Source: Folioceros fuciformis
Lineage: Eukaryota
Direction: 5' to 3'
Length of the DNA stretch: 55,472 bases
Assembly (NCBI GenBank): GCA_049999805.1
Contig: JBNGIO010006162.1
Span: forward strand, 192,110-247,581
Below the pieces are notes generated by a model. It worked only from the letters and a program-made list of their open reading frames with translations, made no database searches and was not told the DNA's origin. This document shows, piece after piece, positions 13,101 through 24,395 of this stretch. The stretch's first letter is position 1, and every line of letters starts with the position of its first letter. The translations under genes and the position numbers were made by a program.

Positions 13101-14077
13101 TGGAGAGTATCTCGAAGCACATCCACATCCCACGCAGTCAAGGAGTGACTCTCGGCAGCCGGCAGCGCCGATGTGCTGCAAAACGCCTGGGCAAAAGGGC
13201 CGTACGTTCCAGCAGCAGGATCCAGGCCTGCGTGCGTGCGTGCAACCATGCCCACCACCTTGGCAGCCTCAGCCTCGGTGATGGCAGGAAAAAGCGAGAA
13301 GAGCTCGGTGCACCGTTGCCGGTCCGAAGCACACTCGTACCCCAGCTCCTCCGCCACATGGGCAACATCTGAGGCCCCGGCCAGCTCCTCCATTAGGTCA
13401 TTGCGGCCGAAGTACGAGTCCCCCGCCACCTGCTCGAAAGTCCGCAAACAATTCACCTCACTCCCCTCCCCAACCCCGAGCGGCGCCAGCAGCAGCGACT
13501 GCTCCGCCTTCCGCTGAACCTCCGGCACAGACCCCAGAGACGCCAAAGAAACCCGCCCGGCCCGGCCAATTCGGTGCAGATGGCACGACAGCTGGTGCAG
13601 CAACTCCTCCGACAGCTCTGCACCGGAAGCATGCAACAAATCCGCCAACACCTGTGCGCAGAACCGCTGGCTCTCCCGACGCCGGCTCTTGTCCTCAGCA
13701 CAGCCCAGCGCAAGCCCTAGCAGCAGTCGCTCCGGCAGCCCCAACTCCAGGGCCTGGCACAGGTCCCGCAAGAACTGGTCGCTGAGGCCCCGGATCTGCC
13801 GCACCGCCTCGCACAGCAGGGTGGGAAAATTCGGCTGCGGCAGAAGCTGCCGTATCACGCTCTCCAGCAGCTTTCGCTTGAAGCTCACCTCCCCGTCCCC
13901 CTCGGCCCCCGCCTCCTCCACACACCCTGCCTCCAGACATTCCCGCAACACCGTCAAGCTCCCATTCAAACCGCCCCCCACCTTGTTCAGCTCCCTGGCC
14001 TCCACATCCCCGTTCCCGCTCCGGCCGGGATCCATCGACTCCACATGTCGCCCCAGCCATGTCCCCAGGCAAGCCAT
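7155..14077 (-). CDS. NOT1: CCR4-NOT transcription complex subunit 1-like (NOT1), divergent, two exons, ~2264 aa
   Basis: ORFs 12173-14206 and 7155-12146 join through a phase-1 GT-AG intron at 12204-12077 (GAAG|GTATAT...TTTGACAG|GC). The spliced length is 6795 nt, in frame. NOT1 motifs include the CAF1-binding region (FIVNNISTGNLELKAKE, WFAQYLVVERASIEPNFHDLY, YRPPNPWT) and the C-terminal Not1 domain ([41 protein letters not shown]). The ATG at 14077 was chosen by N-terminal resemblance. Confidence 0.92.
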
Positions 14078-15169
14078 GGCCCCTGCACTTCCCCGCAGCC
14101 TGCTGCTGCTCTCACCCTCTCCCTCTCCCTCCTCCTCCTCCCTGGCTCCGAATCCTGTCCCCCGAGCCGAGGCTCCTCTGGTCAGGCTCCTCTCCTCCTC
14201 TCGCACCCGCTCTCAGCTGCCAAGCCGTCCAACCCACACCGTGATTCTTGCGCTCCCTCTGCTCCCGCCTAGACCAGCCTCGCCTACGGCATCTTGCATG
14301 CACAGCCGTGAGCTCTGCAGCTCGCCATGGTTTTCGACTCGTGTGGCAATCTGCTGCCCGCCCTGCTCCTGGCTCACCGTCTCACACAGGTCAGAAGCTT
14401 CTGGAGACCCCGCTGGTGCTGCCGCTGCTGGCGCCCAATTCGGTGAATGCCGCCGACATGCCGGAATGCAGCAGTACTATAAAAACTGGTTACTCAACGT
14501 CTCTCTTAATACAAACCTACAGTGCTCCGTTTGAGTATTAAGAGAAGGAGGAGGCCCTACAAAGCCCTTGGCCGTCTTAACGCCCCACCAAAGAAAACCC
14601 ACAACGCCTGGAAATAGCTAAGCATACATACATACATATATAGAGATCCCCCGCATGCGCCTGCACTCGTTGTCTCTCCACCTCTCGCTTTTACTCTTAA
14701 TTGGAATATAAATTACTTCGTATTCATTATTTATTTTAAAAAAAGAGAGCATGTAGTGTGATAGTCACATCATGTGAGTCGGATTATAAGTAAGAAATGT
14801 TCAGAGTTACCTATAGAATATGCCAATGAGTCTAAGGAGCATAAGCCAGTGATTGGATATGCATCCTTGTTTTAGCCTCTAGAAAGATTATGTGCTGAAA
14901 GACTTGGTGCACACTTTTGTGTTTGTGACATGAAGGTGCTCTCCATATATGTCCTTCTGCACAAGGACACTATTTGAATATGGAGTCCTTATGTTCGGAG
15001 TTGAACTATAATACTAGTATGAAGTCCTCACATTGGGAGTTGAACTGTATGGAACTTCGATGTTGCATTGTCCTTATCTTGGGCATTAGAGTGTCCTTGT
15101 GTTGGGCAGTAGACTACATAGAGTCTGTTTGTATCTTTTGAGTTGGACGTGTCAATATAAATCCTTCTC

Positions 15170-15810
15170 TGCAAGACTACTTCTGTAGTAGTACTAGCAT
15201 GGAGTTCTTCCTTATGTTGGATGTGGACTACTTTTGTAGTAGTACTAGCATGAAGTTCTTCCTTATGTTGGATGTGGACAGTCCGTATGTTGGGTGCTAG
15301 ATTGTCTGGAGGTGTCAACCTTCATCTTGTGTGTGGGACAATCACTACTTCTGCAGTGTACTACTATGGAGTCCTTAGATTGGGTGATAGACTAACTACC
15401 TAGAGTCTGCTTATATCTTTTGTGTTGGGACATGTCCAACACCTTTGAGGTAAGTCCTTCCTTTGCAAGACTACTTGTGCAATAGTACTTATATGGAGTA
15501 CTTTTGTTGGGTGTCAAACTACCTGAAGGAGACTTCTTCGACAACCTTCTTGTGTGCTTCACAAAAGAGAAACTATAGAGTCCGCACAAGCTTACACATA
15601 CTAGTACTTCACAATTGTATGGAGTCCTCGCACAAGCTTACACATACTAGTACTTCACAATCGTATGGAGTCCTCGTGCAGAGTGTTGGATTACTTGAAA
15701 GCTCACTCAGACTAGTACTTCAGAATCGTATGGAGTCCTTGTGTGGAGTGTTGGATTACTTGAAAGCTCACTCATAGTAGTACTTCAGAATTGTATGGAG
15801 CGTTGAATTA
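15170..15810. repeat. Degenerate tandem repeats (~57-bp duplication plus CTAGTACTTCA-GAATCGTATGGAGTCC-type units)
   Basis: GTAGTAGTACTAGCATG..GTTCTTCCTTATGTTGGATGTGGAC is duplicated at 15184-15280. TAGTACTTCA(C/G)AAT(T/C)GTATGGAG occurs 4 times in 15600-15800. Confidence 0.75.
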
Positions 15811-16657
15811 CTTGAAAAGACTTCTTCTGCACAAGATCTTCTCCCGGGTTCTTATGCAAAAAGTCTTTCTCCCTTCTGACATGGTGCGAAGATCTTCCTC
15901 CGGGTTCTTGTGTGTCTCTTGAGACATGGTGTAGAAGATCTTCCTTCGAGTTTGTGTGTAAAAGTTCTTCCCACAATGTCAGGAACATACCATTACTTTT
16001 CACCATATTCAATCCTAACATTGAGAACACATGGACCTTTTCCGAGTCCTTATATCTCCCAAGACAAGAAAATCCTCTGCACAAGGTCACTTGAAGTGCT
16101 TGTGTTAAGTGTAGATCCTTTGAAAGGAATTCTACTGCATGAAAAGAAGAGTCCCTACGATTCTCTAAAGAAGGGAGGGTCTTCTTCATCTTGCGTGTTG
16201 GGTATCCCAAAGTCCCTGCACCAAGGTTGGACCACTAGCCCTAGTCTTTCCGTCTTGTAAGGATTGTGAAGAATGGTCCAAGGAGTCTCCATCAACGCAT
16301 CCCCGCAAATGCAGTCTACTCTCCATTAATGTTAGTAGCCAGGCTGGCCAGCTGTGCCTACAAAAGACAACCATTCACGAAACATGATGCTTTGTAAGTT
16401 CTGGTGTGACAATTGGAAAATCGCACACTCACATATGACGTGGGGATACGCACGCGCGGTCCGGAGACGTACCCCACGTCACATCTGGGTAGGGCGGTTT
16501 TGGAAGTCTATGCATGGAAATGATGAAGCAATGGATGCGGCAGGTTGAAATTTGCGTAGTCTATACATTCTGTCCTTGACGACCTCAAGACAATCCACCA
16601 GTCGAGCACACAAGCTGAATGACTCCCCAAGGTAACCATCGACGAAGCCGTCACATA

Positions 16658-16763
16658 GTTTTCAGCTGATCAGCCAGTCACAACTGAGCTGCTGCATTGC
16701 AATGCAGTGTGTTTTCAGCTGATCAGCCAGTCACAACTGAGCTGCTGCATTGCAATGCAGTGT
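16658..16763. repeat. 53-bp perfect tandem duplication containing palindromes
   Basis: GTTTTCAGCTGATCAGCCAGTCACAACTGAGCTGCTGCATTGCAATGCAGTGT occurs at 16658 and 16711. Confidence 0.9.
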
Positions 16764-17482
16764 TGCAAGAGCAAGGATCATCAAGGAGTGCAACGGAGTA
16801 ACTTGGTTGAGTTCATGGAGGAGCTGGACTCCTTTGATTGAATTCAAGGAGGGGCCAGACTTCATCGATGCAGTTCATCAGTAGGAGACAACGGTGCATA
16901 ACAGGCGGGTAATGAGGGTTTTCGAGAAGTTTCGTGAGCTCGACCAGCAATGCAGGAGACAAGTGTATCAGGCAGGCACTGGAGAACTTTCAGGGGCTTC
17001 CACAAGCACAACCAGGAAACCACTGCATCAAGCAGGACTGACGGTTTGTTGATAGGAGCCTTCACAAGCACACCCAGGAAACAGTATCGGGGACAAGGCA
17101 GTATGTGATCACGCCGTCCATGACTAGGAAATTACTTAAACGCATCCAACAAAGAAGGAGCTGTTTCACAGGACTGACTTGCAGTATCCTGATGTCAGTG
17201 TCCAGCTGACTAAGGCCGTGGGCTACGGAGCCCTGACGTACTACTCTACAAGGACTCACCGTTGGTGAGCACCCTCCTCGCTGGAAAACAAAATTTTATC
17301 TTGAGCCTATGCCAATATCATAGGGAGTGTACTGCTTGCTGTCTGTCACAAAACGATGAAGCACAAGCCACAGCAGCACTGCTAAGTGAGGCTGCTGCAA
17401 TTGGTAGGAAAGGAAAGGCAGGCAGGCAGAAGGAAGTGCATCCGTGACACACACAGGAAGAACCTATGCACACACACCGATC

Positions 17483-17941
17483 TCAACGCAAGTATCCAGG
17501 GATCTTGATCTTGATGAAGAGGATGCTCATGGTGTAGGAGATGGCGACCAAAGCAGCTCCTGCCACCAGAAATGTGATGCGAATGTTGCGAGCCCTGCCC
17601 TTGTCAGCACCCATGTTCACCATGATGAGCCCCACGCCTCCCAGCAAGAACATGAACCCGGATGACAGCCCCTCGATGATGTACTGCCCATTCACCCTGC
17701 CCGGCAGAAACACGAGCGGCCGGATGGCTCCGGTGACGGGATCCTGCCTGCTCCCGATCCCGGGAGGCTCCACGATCACATCGTAAACGAAGCCTGACAC
17801 CACGAGGAAGTAGGCGAAGAGAACGCCTACGAAAACCGTGGTGGCAGACGGCAGCGCCACCGAGGGAGCTCTCAGCCGCATCCGAGGCACTCGCAGCGCC
17901 CGGTACGGCACCCGCAGCACCACGTTCAGGGGATCTGCCAT
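17483..17941 (-). CDS. OSTC: Oligosaccharyltransferase complex subunit OSTC/DC2, intronless, 152 aa
   Basis: Characteristic sequence YFLVVSGFVYDVIVEPPGIGS...PLVFLPGRVNGQYIIEGLSSGFMF...IKIPGYLR, with three hydrophobic segments. ATG at 17941. Confidence 0.95.
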   Translation of the reverse strand: MADPLNVVLRVPYRALRVPRMRLRAPSVALPSATTVFVGVLFAYFLVVSGFVYDVIVEPPGIGSRQDPVTGAIRPLVFLPGRVNGQYIIEGLSSGFMFLLGGVGLIMVNMGADKGRARNIRITFLVAGAALVAISYTMSILFIKIKIPGYLR

Positions 17942-18112
17942 CGCCACCAGCTCCGAGACCAGTGCAGGGAAGGGAACGGAAGGTGAAAATCGGAGAACGG
18001 AGCTCTGTAGGTTTTCCCGTCACCTTCGTGCTGCTGGTTTTCTTCACCAAATGCCTGACAAGCTCACAGGTCCTTCGAGGAAGAGAGTGGGCGTGGTTGC
18101 TGGATTTCGCAA

Positions 18113-19225
18113 ATGGGTTGTAGCAGGGATGCAGGCCCGAGGTGTCGGATGGGGAGCTTCGATGAAGTGTCTACCACGCGGAAGGGATGGCAGGCTGCGG
18201 GTGCCGGCAGGTGTGGAAGATTGGACCAGGAGGTGGGGAAGATGATGAGGAGTCGGGAGGAGCGGTTTGCGGCGTTTGCGTCCATGGCCAGGCGGGACAT
18301 CGAGCAGAGCACGCTGATGCCTGCCGCGGCGGGCGGGGATGGTGGGGTGGAGTGGGTTGCAACTCCCGGGGCCTGGGCCCAGATGCGGATGCAAGGGGGC
18401 AAGGGGACGGGCCCTTGGCCTGATTGGAGGACGGGGAGATGGCAGGAGAGCTTTGAGGATGTGCGGGAGCAGTTGAGGGAGCAGAGTCTTTTCATGCAGC
18501 AGTTGCGGGATAGCCAGCAGGAGCAGGTAAGCTTTGGAGTCTTGGGGTGGTGACAGGTTTGCTGCAAGGGCTGCATGTGTATGCGGTGTTTGTGTTGGGA
18601 TGTTGGGAGGTGGTCCTTGCATCCGTGTGGCATGCATCTCAAGTGGCCGCATGTGTGGATGTGGTTGTATCAGAAAAGCTTGCAGCAACAATTACTGAAG
18701 CTTATCACGTATGGGATGATAGGTGGAGTTCGTGATGGGGTAGCTACCCCTGCCCATCGAGGTGTGAACACCCAGACGCAGACCGAGTCTTCAGCAAAGC
18801 TTATGTTGAAGTTGAAGGACGATCCTGCTGCGGTGCAGGAGGTGGTCACCAATCCATCTGGGGACAACTCGTGCAATGCCGTCATCACGTGGCTGGGAAG
18901 TGGTGAAAGTGGGAGGCACACGGCACATTCCAAACAGTTGCAGACAGCCGAGGAATGCCAACTTGTAAAATCTGTTGGTCTTGGAGAGGTCTCGGGCAGG
19001 GAAGGAAGTGCGGGTTGTGCAACTGGGGACACCGATGCTCCCACGGTTTTATCTGTTCCTGCTGCTCCACAGCCCGCACCACCTCCCTTTGATCCCTCTG
19101 CCTATGTTATCCTCCCAGTGCGAAGACGTCGTCCTCTCTCTCCGTCAATAAGAGAACAGAGTAAGTACGACTCAAAGTCCCTGCTTTTGATGTCACCACG
19201 ATGGAGGGATAGTTTGTTTGAGTAG
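18113..19225 (+). other. Possible uncharacterised spliced gene divergent from OSTC
   Basis: GC-rich ORF 18113-18553 has a coiled-coil-like end (FEDVREQLREQSLFMQQLRDSQQEQ) followed by a strong donor CAG|GTAAG at ~18526. A second ORF spans 18575-19225. No recognisable domain, and the exon join is unresolved. Confidence 0.3.
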
Positions 19226-21067
19226 ATTATAAAGAGACTGATAAAGGTCCATTCTAATTCGGGCTGATGGTTTGCAGGACGTTCACAATCAAAAGGATTC
19301 AACAGCTTAACAAGGTCATCAAAGGAGTTCAAAGAACCTGAATTTCTGTTGCTACCTTTGTCGTTTTCGATAAATTGGGCGGACTACAGAACTTTCTTCA
19401 AATTGCTGGGTTGGTTGGCTTTCTCGCAGAGATTCTGGTCTGTCGGAGGAGAAAGCTATTCCTGGCAAAGAGGTGATACCAACTTTCCTTTTCAATCAAC
19501 TTGGCCTCTCTTGTTGATCTGAACTCACAATTCCAGATTATCGTGTCTTTCCACACAGGATCGATTCAAGTACGATGAGCAAACGCACTGCAAAAGCGTG
19601 AAGAACTCCAATGGGCTCCCGTATTTGGTAGAGCAACTTCAGGAGTACGTGAATGAAGTTCAGGACCTTGTAAGTTCACTGAAACCGTGGGCCAAGCATC
19701 TAGTGAGTGGTGTAACTGGGTTCTGAAGTAGTTGTGCTCTTTCATTTTTAGGAGAATGAGATAAGGAGCCGTTGGCTTAACCCAGAGATGGACAAATTGT
19801 TGAGCGTCGACAAGCAAACTGTTGAGTTTTCTTTTAGCAATCTTGACACAGCATGTTTTGATGCACCTTCAGATACTTTGCCCACAGCTTCCCATGGTGA
19901 GCACTCATTCTCATCGAAGAATCTCTAATCTCCAATCCTACGTTTATAATCATGTTATATATTGGCAGTGCAAACATGTAATATATCGAAAACTGCGACA
20001 ACTGATGTCACTGAACATTGGAGGGCCACAACCTGGTGCATTCTGGATTCCGATCTTTTCGAAGCGATCTTACGTATTATTAAACTTGCTAGGATCTCCA
20101 CCCCACTTTCATTTTCCTAATTGAAGAGCTCTGATCCTACAGGTTGACCGAGATCATCCTAGACAGTGTTTTGGAGGAAGTTGGAAAGGAGCTTTATTCA
20201 CATTGCGATGAATTTGTGGAACACATCTGTCGTTGCGAGTTCATAGTAGATGTTGATTGAATGAGTGTCATATTGAAACTACTCCCAGGATGGGTACTAC
20301 GAAATCCTCATTACTGGATACTGTTCCCTTGGCCCTTAGTGGCATCCCTTCATATTCCCATCTATTTCCTAGAACGAAGAGATCTACCAATCTCTTTGTA
20401 CCATTTAACAGGCGTGGCAGTTTTGGATGAAGATTTTCAGGATGGCTCACCAAATCATGGACCAATCAAGAGTAGGTTTCTTTTTTGTTGCAAGAAAGAC
20501 AGAGGCGGTAAAATAATCATTCTCATAGTAAAAACTCTGCGAGTTAATAAAATACATGAATCTAATAAAATAAAATAAAATATAGAAGAAGAAATGGAAA
20601 CCCACCTGTACGGACACTGGAGTTAAACCTCCCCTTTCCCCTTTCCATGATTTGTCCATTTTGTAAAGAGAAAATCTTTCGCGCGGCTCCCAATGCAAGG
20701 GGCGACATACAGTAGATTAGACAAAGCCGGCCCACCCAGCCCAGCACCCAGTCCCTCTTCAGAAGAAAGGTGGCACCAAGGCGCAGTCCGGGAAAGATTT
20801 CCCAGTTCCCACCCGAGGCTGGGCTGGCCTGGCGTGGGGGTTTGCTTTGAGTTTGCTTATCCACGAAGAAAGGAAAGGGCTCGACTCGGCTCCCTTTGCG
20901 GCGTCCATTCTTTACAACTGGCCTAGCTCTTTTGAACCTCCACTTGCATGAGGAGATCACATGAAACGCTCGGTTCTTTCTCCCTTTATGCTCCATGTTC
21001 CGTCGCGAGATCCAGATCCGTTCAGTCGCAGGACGCCAATGCTGCATAACAATTCGCTCAATCTCCA

Positions 21068-21721
21068 TCACGACATGACACTCAAGAAACTTTGTCTAAA
21101 TGCCTTACTTAATGCCATGAAGTTCCCGAGTCTCCAAGTTACAGACTGCTGAGCCAAGCATATGTCGGCAGTCGGCATCACGTCCGCAGGGTTGCCAACC
21201 TTGATCCCATACTTCCCCAACAACAAAAGCATGAACGCAGGTTCTTTGATAGCAACCTCCATTCCTTCAGGGTATTTACAGCACACTTCTGTTTCGCTGG
21301 CCGTTGTGCACCCGGCATTGTCGATCACCACCAGGACAGCATGCCCGTTCTTATTTTCCAAGACCGTCCGAACTCCCCCCGTCAGAAATGGCTTCACACA
21401 CAACGTGCCACGAAGGAACCGACCATGGTGTACATTTACTGGGGGATCCTGCGTAACGAGCAAGTCCTTGACATGCATGTCCTCCAATTCTTCGAAGGTA
21501 GACGATGGCCTTAGAGGATCCAGCACAATGTGGGTGAACGGCTTCATGGCACATTCAGGATCATCCGTCATTCTTTTGAATTCCGCCGCAGATTCAGCGT
21601 GGCCGGCCACCAAGCTTTCTCTATCGAAGTCCAGCAACACCGTAAGGAAGGACTGGCATGTAAATGTGGGTGTGGCCCAGAGTCCGGCCGTGAGAGCGAT
21701 GTCTATGTCCAATGGATCCAT
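21068..21721 (-). CDS. 217-aa ORF resembling the N-terminal domain of TPR-SET-type proteins common in fungi; apparently truncated at the first TPR
   Basis: Motif string LEDMHVKDL...HHGRFLRGTLCVKPF...VRTVLENKNG...YPEGMEVAIKEP...YGIKVGNPADV, then WRLGN (TPR-start-like). Recognised from memory of the family, not by search. Confidence 0.55.
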   Translation of the reverse strand: MDPLDIDIALTAGLWATPTFTCQSFLTVLLDFDRESLVAGHAESAAEFKRMTDDPECAMKPFTHIVLDPLRPSSTFEELEDMHVKDLLVTQDPPVNVHHGRFLRGTLCVKPFLTGGVRTVLENKNGHAVLVVIDNAGCTTASETEVCCKYPEGMEVAIKEPAFMLLLLGKYGIKVGNPADVMPTADICLAQQSVTWRLGNFMALSKAFRQSFLSVMS

Positions 21722-21799
21722 GTTGGTGTCGAATCGGATCGATCGTCTCCAAATCTTACAGCAGTTTCAAGGACGACATGGCACAGGTTGCTGCGAGAT

Positions 21800-21915
21800 C
21801 GCGACAGTGCAAACAACTGCATACATTCAGACGAGACAGTGTAAACAACTGCATACATTCAGACGAGATGCCACAGACTACTGTGAGATCCCTACAGAAC
21901 AAACAACTGCATACA
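21800..21915. repeat. Short tandem repeats (~33-bp unit) upstream of the 217-aa ORF
   Basis: AAACAACTGCATACA occurs at 21811, 21843 and 21901. Confidence 0.8.
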
Positions 21916-22234
21916 GTCGGAGGTTGGGCTTAGAAAACCGAGCGGACCGAACATCCTGGCAAGCGCGAAGCTTCACGAAGCATCCAAAATGTGGTTTGGC
22001 TGCTCGCATGTTTGAAGTCCAACAGCCTCGATGTCCAATATAGTGAAAATAAATTATATAACTAGGATTTGTCAAGTGCTAAACACAAGCTCCCCACAGC
22101 GCATGCTGCAAATACGAACACCACGTTTTCAAGAGTAAGCACAGAAGAGCCCCTTCGAACATTCAGCGTTTTGCAAAGCCAACAAGATTTTCGAGACCAC
22201 GAGGGAAGATGACGAGTCTTGTTATTCAGAAACA

Positions 22235-22366
22235 GGACGAGGAGGGGCGGAAGGGTTCTCAACTTGAGAAGCCGCTTGAGAAGCCGCGGGAGGACGAGGA
22301 GGAGCGGAAGGATTCTCAACTTGAGAAGCCGCGGGACCAGGAGGAGCGGAAGGCTTCTCAACTTGC
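22235..22366. repeat. Imperfect GA-rich tandem repeat (3 units of GAGGAGCGGAAGG.TTCTCAACTTG)
   Basis: Three related units give the repetitive translation EEGRKGSQLEKP / EEERKDSQLEKP / EERKASQL. Confidence 0.75.
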
Positions 22367-22499
22367 GAACACTCACGGGAGCTGGCTCTCCTCTCTCACA
22401 ATGGCAACCATGATCTCTGTTTCTATTTTGATTGGCTTCACATCGTTACGCGCAGGGTTTCAGAACTCTCTTGGGGACCCTTTTATAACGGCTCTGTAG

Positions 22500-23050
22500 T
22501 CAACCGGTTCCAAGCTCCACGTTGGTCCGCGTACCTGCATCTGCATAGGCATTCGTCAGTAGCACATATGCAGCTGTCCTCTGAGGCTCGAAACTTTTAA
22601 AATGCCAACGGATTCTGTAAATCTCTGTGAATGTCCTACGTATTAATGAGAGACAACAAGCTGCTCCTGCACGTCCAAGACGATCAATCAGGCAGTTGTA
22701 CTTTGACGCTGAACAAGTTTGAATGAATGTTCCTAATGCCAAACATGGGAGGCCTGACGAGGCCACGCCATTGCAGCGGGGTTGCAAGGGAAGTATGGGT
22801 AGAATGGATGGTAAGGTAAGGGAAGGGAAGGAAAGGGGTTGCCCGTCCTCGTTGGGGGTGCATGGCCTAACTCCATTCCTATCCAAACTACTGAGACGTG
22901 GACATGGATGCCTAACACTCGCTCTTGCACCTCCCATCGATACGTACCATGAAATTTTTTCCCTCCTAACAACAGAGAAAATGGCACAGGGGCAACGTAC
23001 AACTTGGCAGGCATTGCCGTGCATGGTGCTCGCCGTTAGCGCCCCCTTGC
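22500..23050 (-). pseudogene. Degenerate PLS-class PPR gene relic (last PPR motifs plus E domain)
   Basis: Minus-strand translation contains HGNACQVVR, GVRP, YNCLIDRLGRAG (cf. Y-CMVDLLGRAG) and FEPQRTAAYVLLTNAYADAG (cf. E-motif EP..A.YVLLSNIYA.AG). These are interspersed with non-PPR sequence. Confidence 0.65.
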
Positions 23051-23515
23051 TTCTTTTACATCTCCTTCGTCTTGTTTCTTTGCGGGTTTTTTCTAGGCAG
23101 AGGCGTGGCAGAGATGCAACCCTCAAAGAAACCCGACAATGGAGCAAAGCTTGTCACGGTGTGCCCATGCTGCACGCAGTCTTACGCTACCTGGCATAGA
23201 GTATGTTATGTTTCAGACTCGGTCTTGCGACTGATCACTGAACGGTAGTATGGCAACCAGAGCCATTGCGTGTCAGAGTGCATGGATTTGACTGGAAGCG
23301 TGTGGAACAAAAACATGAATTAATGTATGTGGGCAGCAATGTCTAAGATAAACATATAGAAGTAGTTATAACCGAATCTAAAAAAATTACCTATTAAGAT
23401 CATAATTACTGAAGGAATAATTAAAGTATATTCTCCAAACGTGCCCTAACTAGGGCTCTAAGAACTAAACCTCTACATTGTGGACCTAGCAATTCGCGTG
23501 GAATGTGTTGTGTAT

Positions 23516-24295
23516 TGTTAGAGTTATTATTAATTATGGTTAGTTAACCTAGCATGGTTATTATTAGAGTTATATATTTAATGAGTGTATAAGATATATA
23601 ATTGTATTCATTTTCATTATTATTATTCTTTATGCAACCATATGAGTTTGTGTGTCTTGCATTTCGTATCATGGTATCAGAGCCATGTCTTTGATCTGTC
23701 TTTGATCTTTCCGCTGCACTACGATGAGCTAGGCGCGTAGCTGAACGCATGCTGAGCATGGCAAGCGAAACAGAGTTATCATCGAACACATACGTTTATC
23801 ATAGATAAATAGAATGTGAGATAGATGCATAGGTCCGATGATAACAGTGTGATGCACAGGTAGGTCTGGTGATAACAGTGTGTTGCTTGCCTGCACACAT
23901 GTGTTGTAATCAATAAAAATTGCTAGATGAATTCCTCTACTCTATCCTAGAAAGATGCCTAGGAGAAATGGGTGATGTTAGGAAAGTTCACTCATGGACG
24001 ACTCTTCTAGGATCCTTGCTAGGGAGGAATACATTCAAAGGCGTCACAATGAATTGATTACAAATGGATGGGGTGCTAACAAAAATGCATTGCGTTCTAG
24101 AAGAAATCGCAGCATCCGGATAGTAGCAATTTCATTCTCTCCAAATAGCTATGAAGGCAGGGTGGCAACACATCATCAGCGCTTGATAGGTCGTTTGGAG
24201 CAGCGATATGCTGAAGATGAGGAGCTACCTCCACCTACGAAAGGAGGGCAAAGAATTGTTGAAGAACAATCTTACCTCACATCCGATCCGTTGGC
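23516..24295 (+). mobile_element. 5' end of an LTR retrotransposon: putative LTR, tRNA-iMet primer-binding site and leader, running into the assembly gap
   Basis: TGGTATCAGAGC (canonical iMet PBS) at 23672-23683 follows ...TATCA, an LTR-end CA. A candidate LTR start TGTTAG lies at 23516, but this left boundary is uncertain. Confidence 0.65.
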
Positions 24296-24395
24296 NNNNN
24301 NNNNNNNNNNNNNNNNNNNNNNNNNNNNNNNNNNNNNNNNNNNNNNNNNNNNNNNNNNNNNNNNNNNNNNNNNNNNNNNNNNNNNNNNNNNNNNN
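24296..24395. other. Assembly gap (100 N)
   Basis: Run of N. Confidence 1.

Noticed and set aside
12173-14206. Treating the 677-aa and 1663-aa ORFs as two genes or as a frameshifted pseudogene
   Set aside because: They are consecutive parts of NOT1, and a phase-compatible GT-AG intron (12204-12077) joins them.
13689-14534. 281-aa plus-strand ORF overlapping the NOT1 5' end
   Set aside because: Antisense shadow in very GC-rich sequence, with a Ser/Pro-rich translation.
21162-22043. 293-aa plus-strand ORF
   Set aside because: It is antisense to the motif-bearing 217-aa ORF and extends into tandem repeats, with no motif of its own.
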